A DNA stretch of 64,000 bases from Eledone cirrhosa (GCA_964016885.1 OZ024740.1:277760001-277824000), one strand, 5' to 3'. Shown: positions 12,331-26,612, numbered from the stretch's first letter. Made by a program: numbers and translations. Notes: generated by a model from the sequence alone, not told the origin.

Positions 12331-14764
12331 AAATATATATATATCAAACTCTCCACCCCAACACTCTCTTTCTACTTCTATCTATCTCTTTCTTCCCCCG
12401 TCTCTCTCCCACATTTACAACGTCAGTCACCAGAATTCTGAAAGATATCATACACGTATGCTTTCACTATACAAACTGAGACATCCATATTTCAAGAACC
12501 TTATACATTTGAAGGGAATAATACGAAACACCCTGGAAGCAGATCTGAAGATGATAATTATCTGCCTGCTGATAAATTTGATAGAGGCACAATGTTGTTT
12601 GTGAAATTAGAACATGTTCTGCATCAAAAATTTGAGATCTGTTAATTTCAATATTCGTACTTCGGGAATTCTCAGACTAACTGCTATTCCTTCAAAAACA
12701 CAAGTTGCGTATGGCCAAAGGTCCTAAGGATAATAGTGACCAATTAAAGATGCATGATACAACTTATTTGCAAATATACTTTTTCCAAAGCCGAATAAAC
12801 TTTCATAAGCTTAATTCTGAATTGACTGCATCAATATGCATCTGAATTTGCATTGCCCATAATATTTTACAGTTAAAGAGAAATGCTGAACCAACAGTGA
12901 TGGTTGCTTTGTTTTGAAAAAGGGGTTTTACAGCTCACTGAGCTTTACATTTTACAACTACATTTAGTAGGGATTCTGTTTGCAACATTCGTGTTAGAAG
13001 TAATAATAATTCGAAAGTGAGGTTAAAATGTGATAATGTACCATAAATCTCAATGTATGTATATCAGTCTGCAGCTCAGATATTCCGTGATCTTTCGCAA
13101 ATGTGTTTCCTTTGCGGGAAAGATCATTGCGTTTCTAAGAGATTTTCGATAAAAAGGAAATTGCTAACTCAAAGAAACCGGTAAAAGCCGTTTACCTAAA
13201 CATAGTTAAGACCCATTGTTTATTTTGAAAGGGGGGCGATTTCACATGAATAAGCAGCTATAGAATCGAAGGAAGTTGTCTGTGCGAAATGTCAGCTTTG
13301 TGTTGGTGAATGGAGAGAACACATTTGATTGTAAGGCTGGGCTTCCAAATGGTCCTTAAGGTTGTATCAAATGAATTAAAACTTATAAATCAAGTTTATT
13401 GCAGCCTATCATACAAATTTCACAAACTGAATGTTTCTTTCCCCTAACAATGCCGTTGTTGATAATTGAAGAAATCATTAACATATCATCAACACATTTA
13501 ATGGGGAATCGGGCATTGATTTCTGAGCTGATAAAAATAATCTGTTCAATTATCGTGTGGAGTTACTAAACAGCTGTATCAATGGGTGTATGTGCCCATA
13601 TAATTTAGCATTAAAAAGGGGAAGTTTTTTAATGCACTTGCAAACGTCATATAAGGCTAATGTATTTTTTAATAGAAAATATTTCGAATAGTCCAGTGAC
13701 ATAAACGTATGACAGCAGGCGGCAATATAAGCAATGTTAACATTATGGAAAGTATATCATTGCACTAAGAAATTCACTGAAATCTTATTACTATACTGTC
13801 ATTTGCATATAAGCTTTTACCGTTTTCAGTCCATGTGAATTTCACAATGATAGCCAATAAACTTCTATGTCAGTCATTTTGAAAAGTATTTTTATTCTTC
13901 CCAAATGATCCGTTTCTTCATACACAATGATATGTAGCTCTATCAAGAACTAATCTGTGTGCTGCAAAAATACTGAAACTGTCTCAGAATGTCACCAAGT
14001 CGTTTTCCAAGATTACAACTTTCTTCCGGTCTTTTATATCATCCGGTGACATATTTAAGATATCTTTTTGTACTAGTACCTTTTTCACACGCTGACGCGT
14101 ATGCGTGTATGTGCATATGCATACATTTATATGTATGAGTATATAAATATAAACGTGCAAACGCAGACACACATAGAAAAATACATACTCATATATACAT
14201 TCACACAAACATACACATACATTAACACAAACACACACATACATTAACACAAACACAAACAGCATAATAAATCTGACGACAGCCGCTATTTTTCTATAGT
14301 TTTTCACTACCCCCTGCCTTCCTTTTACACACACATACATTCACTCAGGCAACAGACGTAAAGGGGTGGGGTAGTATGAGGTAGTCAACGTATTCCTCTC
14401 GCTTTACGTGTTGTGACAGATTCACAGAAGTCTATATATATAGATGCACACAGACGTTTTAGAATGCGTTTAATTTTCTTAATCATCATCTTTCAACATT
14501 CATCACCACATTTATTCCGACTCTCTACGTTTTCAGTTCAAATTACGCTTCGCTCAACGTTTCCTTTCATCCTTCGCCGCTCCATGAATAAAATGCCCGT
14601 TTAGAATCATTGGAACCTATGCGGTACTGGATTCTGAGTTGAAATCTCGCGTAAGCTACTCGCTTAGTGGACTAGTCGCGACACCTTGTTTAATACTGTT
14701 CTTGCGCGACTTTGTTGATGTCCATTCTACTGAAAAAATTCTGACTTAGCCTCCAGTTAGAGAA

Positions 14765-14935
<171 letters not shown>

Positions 14936-14971
14936 ATCCCTCTTTTTCTCTCTCGCCCTCTCCATTCCATC

Positions 14972-15187
14972 AGTCATGTATGCCCTGAAAACAATTATTT
15001 ATTTACACATGTATTTGGTCATGCAAACGAAGATTATGAAAAGGTACTATACAATTGCTTGTGTGCTGGTATGATTGATTACTGGAAAATCCAGCACACA
15101 TGCAATTTTATAGTAGATTTTCCTAATCTTCGTTTGCAAGACCAAATACGTATGTGCAGATTAATTACTTTTAAGACATGCATTAAT
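14972..15187. repeat. Imperfect hairpin with about 100-bp arms (MITE- or Helitron-derived)
   Basis: GTATTTGGTCATGCAAACGAAGATTA...TGTGTGCTGG pairs with CCAGCACACA...TAATCTTCGTTTGCAAGACCAAATAC. Confidence 0.75.
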
Positions 15188-15423
15188 TAAACATAACATT
15201 TCGAATGGGAAATTAACGTGAATTGATAGAATTTAGAACTATATCAGATTGCTGTTCAATAACAATAAATTATTGATCATTTTAGCCCTGCGCGCCGTGA
15301 GCGACGCGTTAAGCTTCCAGTAGCCTGGCCCCTTTCCATTTAGCCTATCCATGAAGTCGACCACACACATCACAAATGTGTGGTCTGTGTAGTTGTCTAT
15401 CTTGAATTGTGGACACCTACACT

Positions 15424-15997
15424 AGAGTTGGATGTTCTTGTTGACACTGTCCGTATTTTCAGCAATGATATGTGTATGGAATTTGGTATTAATAAGTAGG
15501 GAGCCAATGCTCAGAATTGTACTGAAGGAGAAGACAATAGACCAGGGGATGTCCAAGGAGGAAATAACAACAAGGAGGAAGAGCAACCTTCATGAAAAAT
15601 CCCTTCATAGTACCTTCTTTAGGAAAACTGAATTTAGAGATCCACAGACATGGAACTGGTTAAAAAGAGGAGACCTTAAAAAAGCTACAAAAGGAATGCT
15701 AATGGCTGCGCAAGAGCAGGCTAGCCCACTGTGTAGGATCTGTAGAGAGAGAGGAGACTGTGGCTCACATTGTATCCGAGTGTAAACACCTATCCCAGAC
15801 TCACTATAAAGGCTGGAGACATGATGTGATGGACAGGGTGATCCACTGGCATCTATGCAAAGTAAACAATTTACCACATTGTTAGAAGTGGTATGAGCAT
15901 AAGCCAGAGTCGGTGATAGAAAACGATCAGGTGAAGGTGCTGTGGGATTTTAGGATACAAACGGACAAGCAATTAGAACACATAAGGCCTGACCTAA
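15424..15997 (+). mobile_element. R4/Dong-clade LINE 3' fragment (CCHC zinc knuckle and RLE start)
   Basis: WLKRGDLKK...AAQEQA, CRIC..ETVAHIVSEC, RHD, WYEHKPESVIEND.VKVLWDF.IQTD...RPDL read across frameshifts. Confidence 0.85.
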
Positions 15998-16439
15998 TGT
16001 GTTCTAATTTAGTTTAAACGATGTAAAATCTAAATTATAATATAATAATAATAATTGCTTCTGCTTTTGGCACGGGGCTAGCAATTCTCCCGGTGTGTTG
16101 CAGGTGCTTTGTCGTGTCGGCCCCGTAGGGATGAAAGGAAAAAAATTATAGAGAAAATTATAGTCCAAAAATTATAGAACAGAACACAGACAGAAGCAAA
16201 CGCAACAACAAACAGAAATTTGAAAAGTTTTGAACACAACAACCCCTACTTCCCTTAGCAGCAGCAGCAACAACAACACTAGTAACCGATGTTACTGGCC
16301 TTGTAAAACGAAAAACGCAAAGGAGAAAAACAAACAAAAAAAGAAGAAAAAATGGGAAAAAAAAAGTCAGACATTCAAACATTACAACAAATGTTTTTTT
16401 AGGTTTTTATCTATTTGTTTGTTTACTTATGTTCGTCTA

Positions 16440-18920
16440 CAACGTGATGGTGCCACGCTAAAATCACCGGGGGTGATGAAATCACTGGAGATGAAGAAAT
16501 CACCGGTAGTTATGTAACCAAACATTCACCAATCCTCGATATGAGTGCTTAAATGTCGAACCTAAATATTTCGAATAACGGTGAAGTGGAGACTGGAATG
16601 TCATGTGACAGACTCTCACCCAGCAGGTGCTCCCTGGCCCAGCAACAGGGACCCGGCTGTCATCCAAATACTGCTGGTGTTGGAGGAAGAAGAAGAAGGA
16701 AAGGGACCAGAACCAACTGGACGAAAGAATTGAATAGAACTGTTATGCAATGTTACCTGAAGAGTAACCCCAAGGGAAAAGGCTATAGGAAACAGATGCA
16801 TAACATCTGGAACGAGATTGGTCTATTTAAATTAGATGAACAAAAATTGGCCAGGCAGGCTCGGGTAATAAGAACTAATGGGTGGATAAGCCAGCTGGAC
16901 ATGGAGGAACTGAGCAGAGAGATTAGGTTGGAAATGGAGCGTGGAGTATGCCAGGCAAACCAGCCAGTGGGAAATGAAGGTGAAGAGGTTGAGAGAACGG
17001 AGAAACCATCCGAAGCAGACAATGATCTGAATGCTGAAATAAATAATACCTGGAACAAAGATACGGCCATTGAGGAAATGAATGCTGACGGGTTAGGACA
17101 AGATTTGGTTGATATCCTAAACTTAGTGGTAGATGAAATGAACAATGATAGTGGGAAACCTATGAACCTAAGATTTGTAGACAGGAAAAAGTTAAAAGAA
17201 ACAACAGCTAATGTAAACAAAGTCATCACATACCTTGAGGCGAGGAGCCTTCACCAGTGCAACAATATCCTCAAAGCAACAGCAAATGCGGTGTGAAATT
17301 ACTTGGCATAAAAGCGAGAGGAAACAACAAACAAGAAAGATCAGAACCTTGGTGGAAGAAACGACTGAATGGTCAAATCAGGGAAATGAGAAATGACATT
17401 GGAAAGCTTGAGTCCCTACTGAATGGGACACTAAAAACAGACATTAAAAATAGACTGGAAATAAAGTACAAAACTAGGAGGAAAACACTAAATATTATCA
17501 TAGAGGAACTGAAGCAACGCCTTGTAGCAAAGATTGCAAAAATTAGGCGATGCAAGAGCAGAATCAGTCAGTATAGACAGAAGCGCATGTTTGATAACAA
17601 CCAGAAGATGTTGTTTGGACAGCTTGAAAGGAAAGAAAGAGGCAACGACTTGATCCCTGAGGCGGAACAAACTAGGACATTCTGGAGAGAATATGGGAGC
17701 AGGATGTTAAACATAATGACCAGGCAGTGTGGATTGAGACAGTACAAAAGGAGATTAATGAACAGGCACACCAACAAACTGATTTGAGTAGCACAGTTGA
17801 AACTCTTAAGGGGCAGGCCAGAAAACTAACCAACTGGAAATCACCAGTCCAAGATGGTGTGCAGGGGGTACTGGATTAAAAATATAACATCCCTCCACCC
17901 GAAACTGACAACCATGTTCAATGACTGTCAGGTGAGGTACCAGAGTGGTTGACAAAAGATACCACAGTTCTCTTAATGAAACCGAATCAAGAGTAATGAT
18001 GTTACCAATAATAGACCTATCACATGTGTGTCCGTAATGTGGAAACTGTTAACAAGCATTGTATCTGAGGAAATCTACCATCACCTCCACATAATCAACT
18101 TGTTACCGGACGAACAGAAAGGATGCCGAAAGAAGTTCCGTGGTACAAAGGACCAGTTACTTATTGATAAAATGGTAATGAGAAATTGCAAGAGGAGATA
18201 CACTGGTCTTGCCATGGGATGGATAGACTACAAAAAGGCATTTGACATGGTGCCACATTCTTGGATCACCAAAAGCCTAGAGATCTTCAAGGTGGCAGAT
18301 AGCATCAGACAGTTGTTGAGCAAAAGTATGAAGTCCTGGAAAACAGAGTTAACATGGGCTGGAGAATCCTTGGGAGGCGTGAAGATAAAGAGAGGTATCT
18401 TCCAGGGAGATAATCTGTCCCCTCTGTTGTTTGTCCTTGCCCTGATGTCCCTGACCATTATACTGCGAAAAGTGAGAGCAGGATACAAGTTGGGAAAGGT
18501 AGAGCTTACCACCAATCTCCTCCTCTTCATGGACGATCTTAAGCTCTTTGGGAAGAGTGGGGAGTTGGATGTGCTTGTTGACACTGTCCGTATTTTCAGC
18601 AATGATATATGTATGCAATTTGGTATTAGTAAGTGTGGGGTCCTTGTGATGAAGAGGGGTAAATTGAGCAGAAGCAACGGAATCCAGGTACCGACAGGTG
18701 AGATGATAAAGGAAATTGATACTGAAGAAGGATACAAATATTTAGGTGTTCTGGAGGCTGATGACACCAAGAACCAAAAAAATGAAGGAATTGATAAGAT
18801 CTGAATACATTCGGAGAATAAGGAGCGTATTAAAATCACATCTGAGCAGTAGGAATGCTTTAAGTGCAGTAAATTCCCGAGCTGTGTCTATTATTAGGTA
18901 CAGTGCGGGAATTCTGAGAT
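16440..18920 (+). mobile_element. R4/Dong-clade LINE, 5' part with RT, decayed
   Basis: ORFs 16553, 17257 and 18028: WTKELNRTVMQCY, PWWKKRL, EQKGC..KDQLLID, WIDYKKAFDMVPH, GIFQGDNLSPLLF, LFMDDLKL, YKYLG. Confidence 0.88.
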
Positions 18921-19189
18921 GTATATATATATATTATACGGGGAGGTTAAACTCCGTTGCATAAAAAGGTGAGGGCTGCAATTGTGCTACAAAAAGTATG
19001 GTTGGTCCTACACAAGCCTTCATCACTTAATACAAAACTTTGTGTGGGTAGTTCAACATCAGTTGACTTTCTCACATCAACTTCTGTTGGACACTCATAC
19101 GTCAGATATCGACGGGAGAGTTCATCATATATACACACAAGCACACACAAACACACACACACACACACACTCACACACATATATATATC

Positions 19190-19874
19190 TATATATCTGT
19201 ATATATATAAAATTAAGTATGTGTGTGTGTGTGTCTGTGTATTACCTATAGGGGCCTACATCTTACGACCGATTTTCATGAAACTTTACAGGCTCATAGA
19301 TAAGTCATCGGGGAGTGTTTTCTATATATTAGCGTATCGTTTTTTTTTATTCAGGGGTCATTCTGCACTGTGTGCACCATCTGCGCAGCGGCGCGTGGGT
19401 GGACGGATGGGTGTGGGGTACTCATCAAATATATGCATCCGGTGTGGGAGCACGCAGGTGCGTGTATGTATGTGTTCCCACAAAAACATGCATGAGCACG
19501 GGTGTGTGCATGCATGGGTCGATGTATTTGTCTGAGCATGTATGCGTGGGGATACGGATGACATTCCATGGATTTTTCTTTTCTCATCTGCCTATATATG
19601 TGCGGCGTCTTGGCTATGCACGCTCCCTTGAGTCCAGTGTGTGAGTGTAGAATGGGGTCTATTTGTTGAAAACACCTTTGATATAGCCTCTCCGTTTGAA
19701 AGGCTGTTGAAAGCTTTCTTTTAAAAAACGTTCTTGCTACAGGTTTTTTCTTTTTCTTTTTCCTTTTCTTTTTGAAATATGTATCGCGGAGTGTATCCTA
19801 AGGTTGTGTCCTACAAATGGTACGCTAAATATCCCCAGGATTTGATTTTTTTTTTTTATTCCGGCAAAATATTA
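19190..19874 (+). mobile_element. Non-autonomous Helitron/DINE-like element, 5' part
   Basis: Begins TC(T)GTATATATATAAAA, then (TG)n-TCTGT and a CCGATTTTCATGAAACTTT core. Interrupted by a Chapaev3-like insertion. A possible 3' hairpin and AAGCTTCCA end lies near 22155..22180. Confidence 0.45.
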
Positions 19875-21630
19875 AATCGAGTAACAACAATTTTTTTTTC
19901 TCTGTTCCTGGCTTGTAATCACTTTTTTTTTGTGTAATCACTTTCTTTTTAGGTCCCAAATAAATTTAAAAAAAAGTGCTTTTAAACAGTTAAAAGTTTG
20001 GGTTTGTAAAAATTCTAAGCTATTCACTAGAATTATTTGTATGCTGGATTTTACGTTGTATGTAAGTTTAATTTGCTTAAGTTAAATGATTTATTGTATA
20101 TATGTTTCAGGTTAAATTAAAATTATAAAATAAAGAGTAATACCTAAAGAAAATTATAAAAGTGCAATAAAGTATAAAATTGTTAAAAAGTGGATTAAAG
20201 AGATTTATTGATACTGGATTTTCGCACCCTGAATAAAGGGTAAGCTGTGTTTTAAGCATTCGTCTCCAGGATGAAGCAGTGGAACTTGGTCAAGGTGGAC
20301 GTGCAGGTGACAAGTCAGAGAAGTCGACACAAACCTTTCTCAGGCTTTTACACTGTTAGGGATGGCCTCTGCTTCTGCCATGACGTGCCTGGACTGTTTG
20401 ACGTTATTGGGTGCAGTTTGTGCCCAAGGAGTCGCGGCTATCTATAGACAGCTCCACCACAAGTTTGAAGGCTGTCCTCCTCCACAATGGAAACAAGTTC
20501 CCGACACTGCCCCTAGCTCTTTCAGTCTGCCTGAAGGAAGATTACTACAGTGTGAAAGTCCTCTTGAAAGCTCTTCAATACAACCAGTACAATTGGGAAA
20601 TCATTGGAGACTTCAAGATGGTGGCTTTCCTGCTTGGACTCCAAGGAGGCTTTATCAAATTCCAATGCTTCCTCTGCCCTTGGGAGAGCAGAGCCACCTC
20701 TGACCACTACAAAATAAAAAACTGGGAGCAGCGAACAGAATTTGTAGTTGGGACCCGGAACGGCATGTGGGAGCCACTGGTTGATCCCAGGATTGTGCTC
20801 TTGCCGCCACTGCACATTAAGTTGGGGTTGATGAAGCAGTTTGTGAAGGCTCTCAACCAAGAATCAGCCACTTTTAAGTGCCTTCTTGAGTTCTTCCCCA
20901 AGTTATCTGAGACCAAAATCAAAGGTGGAATTTTTGTTGGACCTCAGATAAAGAAGGTGTTTGAGTCTACCGAGTTCTCCAATAAGCTCAATAGGATTGA
21001 GAGAACAGCAAGGAACTGTTTCAAAGCAGTTGTTAAGGGCTTCCTGGACAACTACAGAACTGAAAACTACCAGCAACTGGTGTAGGATCTGATAAAGGTT
21101 TTGGCGCCATGGGATGCAGGATGTCGCTTAAACTCCATATGCGGGACGCTCACCTGGAAAAATTCAAGGACAATATGGGCGCCTACTCAGAAGAACAAGG
21201 CGAACAATTCCACCAAGATGTGAAAGAGATAGAGTGGAGGTACCAGGGCCACTACAATGAAAAAATGATGGGGTACTATATCGGGGGGCTAGTGCGGGAA
21301 TGCGACCTGGACTACAACCGCAAATCCAGGAAATCCAGTCATTTCTGACGTGTATAAGTTGCTTTATAAGTGTTATTTGTTTTTACTTGTTTGCTTTTGA
21401 TAAGCTTGTGTAATAAAATAAATATATACTCTGTTGATTTAATTATATGAACTGATAAATTTTTTTTAAATGTGTTTTTTCTTAAAAAATAAGAAAATTT
21501 CGAAATATCAAACTCCTGACCACAAACCCAAACTTCTGATTAAATAATAGTGTTTTATTTATAATAATGGGATATAACAAACCATGAAATAACACTTAGA
21601 ACCGGGGAACAAAAAATATGTTACACGGTG
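19875..21630 (+). mobile_element. Chapaev3-like (CMC) DNA transposon, deletion derivative
   Basis: Right end GTTACACGGTG, decayed left end, TTA on both flanks. Transposase IDSS..SLKAVLLHNGN, GDFKMV..LLGLQGG, PPLHIKLGLMKQFVKAL, SEEQGEQFHQD. Family assignment is from memory of these motifs. Confidence 0.75.
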
Positions 21631-21967
21631 TTATTTATGATGAATGCCTAATACAGCATATTTGCGGGTGTGTACCTGACCGATGTAGACTAAGGCGCCT
21701 AGGGGCAATGAAGACGTCGAAGTGATGCCAGCCGTTCAAGTGTACAGCCCCTCTCCCACCACAGTAGTAATTCTGATACATGAAGAAATTTTGATTGACA
21801 GGTGGAGAACGAGAGGAAGCAAGAAGTGGGCAACCATGAGTGGCTCGACATACCGATGACGTGTACAATTCTTGACCACTCATGGAATGACAACGACAGG
21901 ATCTAAATTAACAAACGAAGAAATTCGATGTTTAAGGATTATAGAAAAAGCTGGTTCGTAGAATCGA

Positions 21968-22063
21968 GACGTATCTGACGACCGTGTTGATTTCAGAGTC
22001 AGATGTGATCACCATATCGATCGTGCCTCGAGCTGGTCACCCGAGAAACATTTGTAATATGTC
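21968..22063 (+). ncRNA. Type I hammerhead ribozyme
   Basis: gacgtat-CTGACGA-(long, eroded stem II)-GAAA-catttg-TA-atatgtc. 7-bp stem I. Confidence 0.65.
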
Positions 22064-22203
22064 CAATAAATTCCTTTCGTCGCAACACTGATTCTCTTTT
22101 TTCTGTGATATCATACTCTTCTCTACGAGGGCACTGAGTGCTCATACGGCCTACCGCATACGGACGCTTTAAGCTTCCAACACCAATTATATATATATAT
22201 ATG

Positions 22204-23368
22204 TATATTGGTAAAAGGAAAAGAAAATTCTGACAAATTGTTCCCAGTGAAAAATAGTTTAATTAGGAATAAGTAAAAATTAGTAATAAGTATTGGTTAG
22301 TATTCAGTTTTGGTTTTAAGTGTTTACCGGTTGCGCATTTCTAATGCTTTTCAAAAATAATTTTGAAATAGAGCGCCCGTGATGTTTGCTCTAATCTGAT
22401 CAGTTTTGGAAATTCTATCTGTTTTATGTGAAAAAAGTGGCTCCAGAGATATTAAAATAAGTTTCGCGCCAATTTGTATTGCAAACATTCTTGTGGTCAA
22501 AACAATTTTGATTGGTCGGTAGAGGTCACGTGAATAATAAAAATTGATTTTGCGCCAAATGTAGGTTTGTCGAAGAGTGTCCTTTTTCGCCTGATTGGCA
22601 CCTGAACTGTTGACCTGTCAACATGACTGCAATTCACACACACACATCCCTACTGACCATTATCACAACAATGAACCTCTTTACTACACACACACACACA
22701 CACACACTCACACACACACACACACACACACACATATTCGTCTTAAAAGACTTATTTTTCAGATACTTATCAATCAGGCGAAAAAAGACACTCTTGGTGC
22801 GAATAAAGACAAACCTACATTTGGCGCAAAATCAATTTTTAACATTCACGTGAATTCTACCGACCAATCAAAATTGTTTTGACCACAAGAATTTTTGCAA
22901 CGCGAATTGGCGTGAAACTTATTTTAATATCTCTGGAGCCACTTTTTTCACATAAAACAGGTAGAATTTCCAAAACTGATCAGATTAGAGCAAACATCAC
23001 GGGCGCTCTATCTCAAAATAATTTTTGAAAAGCATTAGAAATGCGCAACCGGTAAAAACTTAAAACCAAAACTGAATACTAACCAATACTTATTACTAAT
23101 TTTTACTTATATTTTCCTAATTAAACTATTTTTCACTGGGAACAATTTGTCAGCATTTTCTTTTCCTTTTACCAATATATCACAACTCGTACGGACACTC
23201 TATCTCAAAATTATTTTTGAAAAGCATTTAGAAATGCGCAACCGGTAAAAACTTAAAAACTTAAAACCACAACTGAATACTAACCCATACAATCACTAAT
23301 ACTCTTTTATTCCTAATTAAACCATTTTTCAACTGTGAACAATTTGTCAGCATTTTCTATTCCGTTTA

Positions 23369-23376
<8 letters not shown>
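22204..23376 (+). mobile_element. Non-coding PLE-like module: inverted arm plus partial tandem repeat, between (TA)n tracts
   Basis: 22204..22597 is the reverse complement of 22771..23180. 23198..23376 is a diverged direct repeat of the 3' 190 bp. Three HHR-like motifs. Confidence 0.8.
23020..23060 (+). ncRNA. Atypical minimal hammerhead-like motif (further copies at 23212..23253 plus and 22319..22360 minus)
   Basis: ttt-TTGAAAA-gcat tagaa atgc-GCAA-ccgg-TA-aaa. U3-A8 core, GCAA instead of GAAA, weak stem I. Confidence 0.5.
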
Positions 23377-23437
<61 letters not shown>

Positions 23438-23471
23438 AGATTTGAATGGATACAGTTTAGTTGAAAGGAAT

Positions 23472-23565
23472 TTATTGACACGTGTTTCTATAACAGTTAC
23501 ATAACCTAAAACAGCTGCTATCTACAAACTTTTAGTTATTATTTACTGTCATTTCATCAGAATAA
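23472..23565 (-). ncRNA. Type I hammerhead ribozyme in a solo 200-bp module
   Basis: Minus strand ttatt-CTGATGA-aatgacagt...actgttata-GAAA-cacgtg-TC-aataa. Canonical core, GUC triplet, palindromic stem III. Confidence 0.85.
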
Positions 23566-23633
23566 TAATACTGAGGACCTGTTTAGTTTTTATAGAGAAT
23601 ATTAATATTTATATTACAACACAACGGAAAATA

Positions 23634-24248
<615 letters not shown>

Positions 24249-24269
24249 TATATATATATATATATATAG

Positions 24270-26176
24270 TGAATTGGCCATAGGGTTATCTATTCCAGTA
24301 AATACCACAGCATGCCAACCACTAAATTAATTTGTTTAGAAGATGTAAAAGAAATGACGATGTAATAATTGAAGCATGACGAATAATTCAGAAACGAGTA
24401 TCAATAACGACTTGTATTTATTGAAGTGTGCTTGTTACAATTTTGGTAGTAACACGTACCTAGTGCTATGATATAATGTAATCGTGAAATACAAGATAGG
24501 ATTATAAAAAGCTTAACATATCTGTGCTTGGTGAGGTCAGTTCTAGAACCTGCTGGTAAAAGTGAGGGAGATTGCCCTTTGCTCTTTCTTTTATAATCTC
24601 TGGAATGGAAGTTCAAGGAGTTTTCTAAAAATTCTACGGGAAGTAACTCTAGCTACTTCCCTTTGTTTAGAGAGCGCTACAAGACTCCTCTCTCAGACGA
24701 GAAGTCGAATAACCAACAGAAGGTCATTGTAGTGAAAACCCGTAAGAAATGAGGAGCAAACAAAGGTACAAGAAAGTGCATGAATAAAACATGAGCTCAC
24801 AACTGAAGCAAATAGCAAAAAACCACAAAACAAGTAAATGCATTTTACAAAGAAAAATTGTAAATGTAACAAAACTGATAATTCAAAGTTAACATGAAGG
24901 AGCAGAGAAAAATTAATGCTCAATGGTAAGTTCAAAGTTTCTTCAAAATCAAATAGTTCATACATCACCAGTGTACACACTTTTCTGACACTAATTCTAT
25001 CTGAAACTGAAAAAAGGTTTGTTAATGCCACTAGGGGTTAAATGTATATAGTTTTTTACAATTTACGTGGCCATTTTACTGATCTGCCACCTCGTGTGAC
25101 ATACGATTGTGTAGTATGTGGTGTTTGCGGTGGAGGTGAAGGTGTTGGTGTGGAACTGAATGTACGAGGTGTATCAGGCATTGTAATGAGACTTTCAGAG
25201 AAAGCCCTCTTTTCTTTGTCAATGGATATTGTCTCTTTTCGACCATTCACAGCCACTGTGAAATGTTTTGGTGTGTGCGAAAGCACCCGAAAATGTCCCT
25301 TAAAAAGTGACTTATGCGGTCCCTTGACGGAATCATTACGTATAAAAAATGTGTGTCCACGTAGAGATATCCGATGGAACAGCAGAAGAAATAGACTGGT
25401 CACGAGGGTTCATTGGTGGAAGATCCGAGAAGTAAGAAAGAATCCTGGTGACATATGATGTTGGATCAAGATGCGATGAATCAACCGGTGCTAGCACTTG
25501 ACCGGGAAGAGTCAAGGTGGTACCATAAAGAAGTTCAGCTGAGGAGAAACCCAAATCTGTCTTAATGGCAGAACGACAACCAAGAAGCATGATTGGCAAT
25601 AATTCGGTCCAACGTTGCGGATCAGGAGTAGCGCGGAGTGCAGCTTTCAACTGTCTGTGAAACCTTTCCACCATTCCGTTGGAGGATGTGTGATAGCTGG
25701 TCGTATGAATGTGATGAGCACCCAAAAGGCGTGATATTTCACGAAATAAGGAAGCCTAGAACTGTCGTCCGCGATCCGTGGTTATTTTAGAAGGAACACC
25801 AAAGCGAGCAACCCAATTGGAAATGAAAGCTCGGGCAACTGACTCGGCTGTTATGTCCACTAAGGGTATGGCTTCAGGCCACCTAGAGAAACGATCGATA
25901 CAGGTCAATATATATGTGAAGCCACGACTAACGGGCCATGGACCAACAATATCCATGTGAATGTGACAGAAACGGGCGTCAGGCGGGCTGAATATTTTGG
26001 TAGTAAAACGTACCTAGTGCTATGATATAATGTAATCGTGAAATACAAGATAGGATTATAAAAAAGCTTAACATATCTGTGCTTGGTGTGGTCAGTTCTA
26101 GAGCCTGCTGGTAAAAGAGATGGAGATTGCCCTTTGCTCTTTCTTTTATAATCTCTGGAACGGAAGTTCAGGGAGT
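24270..26176 (-). mobile_element. Gypsy/Ty3 LTR retrotransposon remnant (integrase, PPT, 3' LTR and a piece of the 5' LTR)
   Basis: Integrase DIVGP...[13 protein letters not shown]...[14 protein letters not shown] and NGMVERFHRQLK. Purine tract then a TG...CA LTR at 24270..24681. 25994..26176 repeats 24440..24625. Confidence 0.85.
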
Positions 26177-26330
26177 CTCCTAGCGATGAAATCTTTGGAC
26201 AGCTGCTGATGACATGGGTGATATCCACGATGTTAGTTCTGCAGAGTCTGCAATTATCACATCTAGGTTTTTTGCCTACATCCCTATCTCTTTTGTGAAT
26301 CAGGTATTTCGTGTTAATCTCCTGTTCTTG

Positions 26331-26612
26331 AGTGGAGGCACGTGGCCTAGTGGTAAGGGTGTTAGACTTACGACCATAATGTCGGGGGCTCGATTCCTTG
26401 GTTGCGTGTTGTGTTCTTGAGCAAACCACTACATGTTGCTCCAGTATACTCAGCTGAAAATGAGTACCAGCAATAGCTGGAGGTTTAAACCTATGATGGA
26501 CTGGCGTCCTGTCCAGGGGGGGGGAGTATTGTACTCTCAGTCGCTTCACGCCATGAAACCAGAATAAGCACTGGCCAAATGAGCCTTCTGGTTTAAAACA
26601 GATTTAGACTTT
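26331..26612 (+). mobile_element. tRNA-derived SINE (second family) with target-site duplication
   Basis: A box TGGCCTAGTGG, B-box-like GGCTCGATTCC and GATGGACTGGCGTCCTGTCCAGGG core. Flanked by ctcctg/attcttg duplication. Confidence 0.85.
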
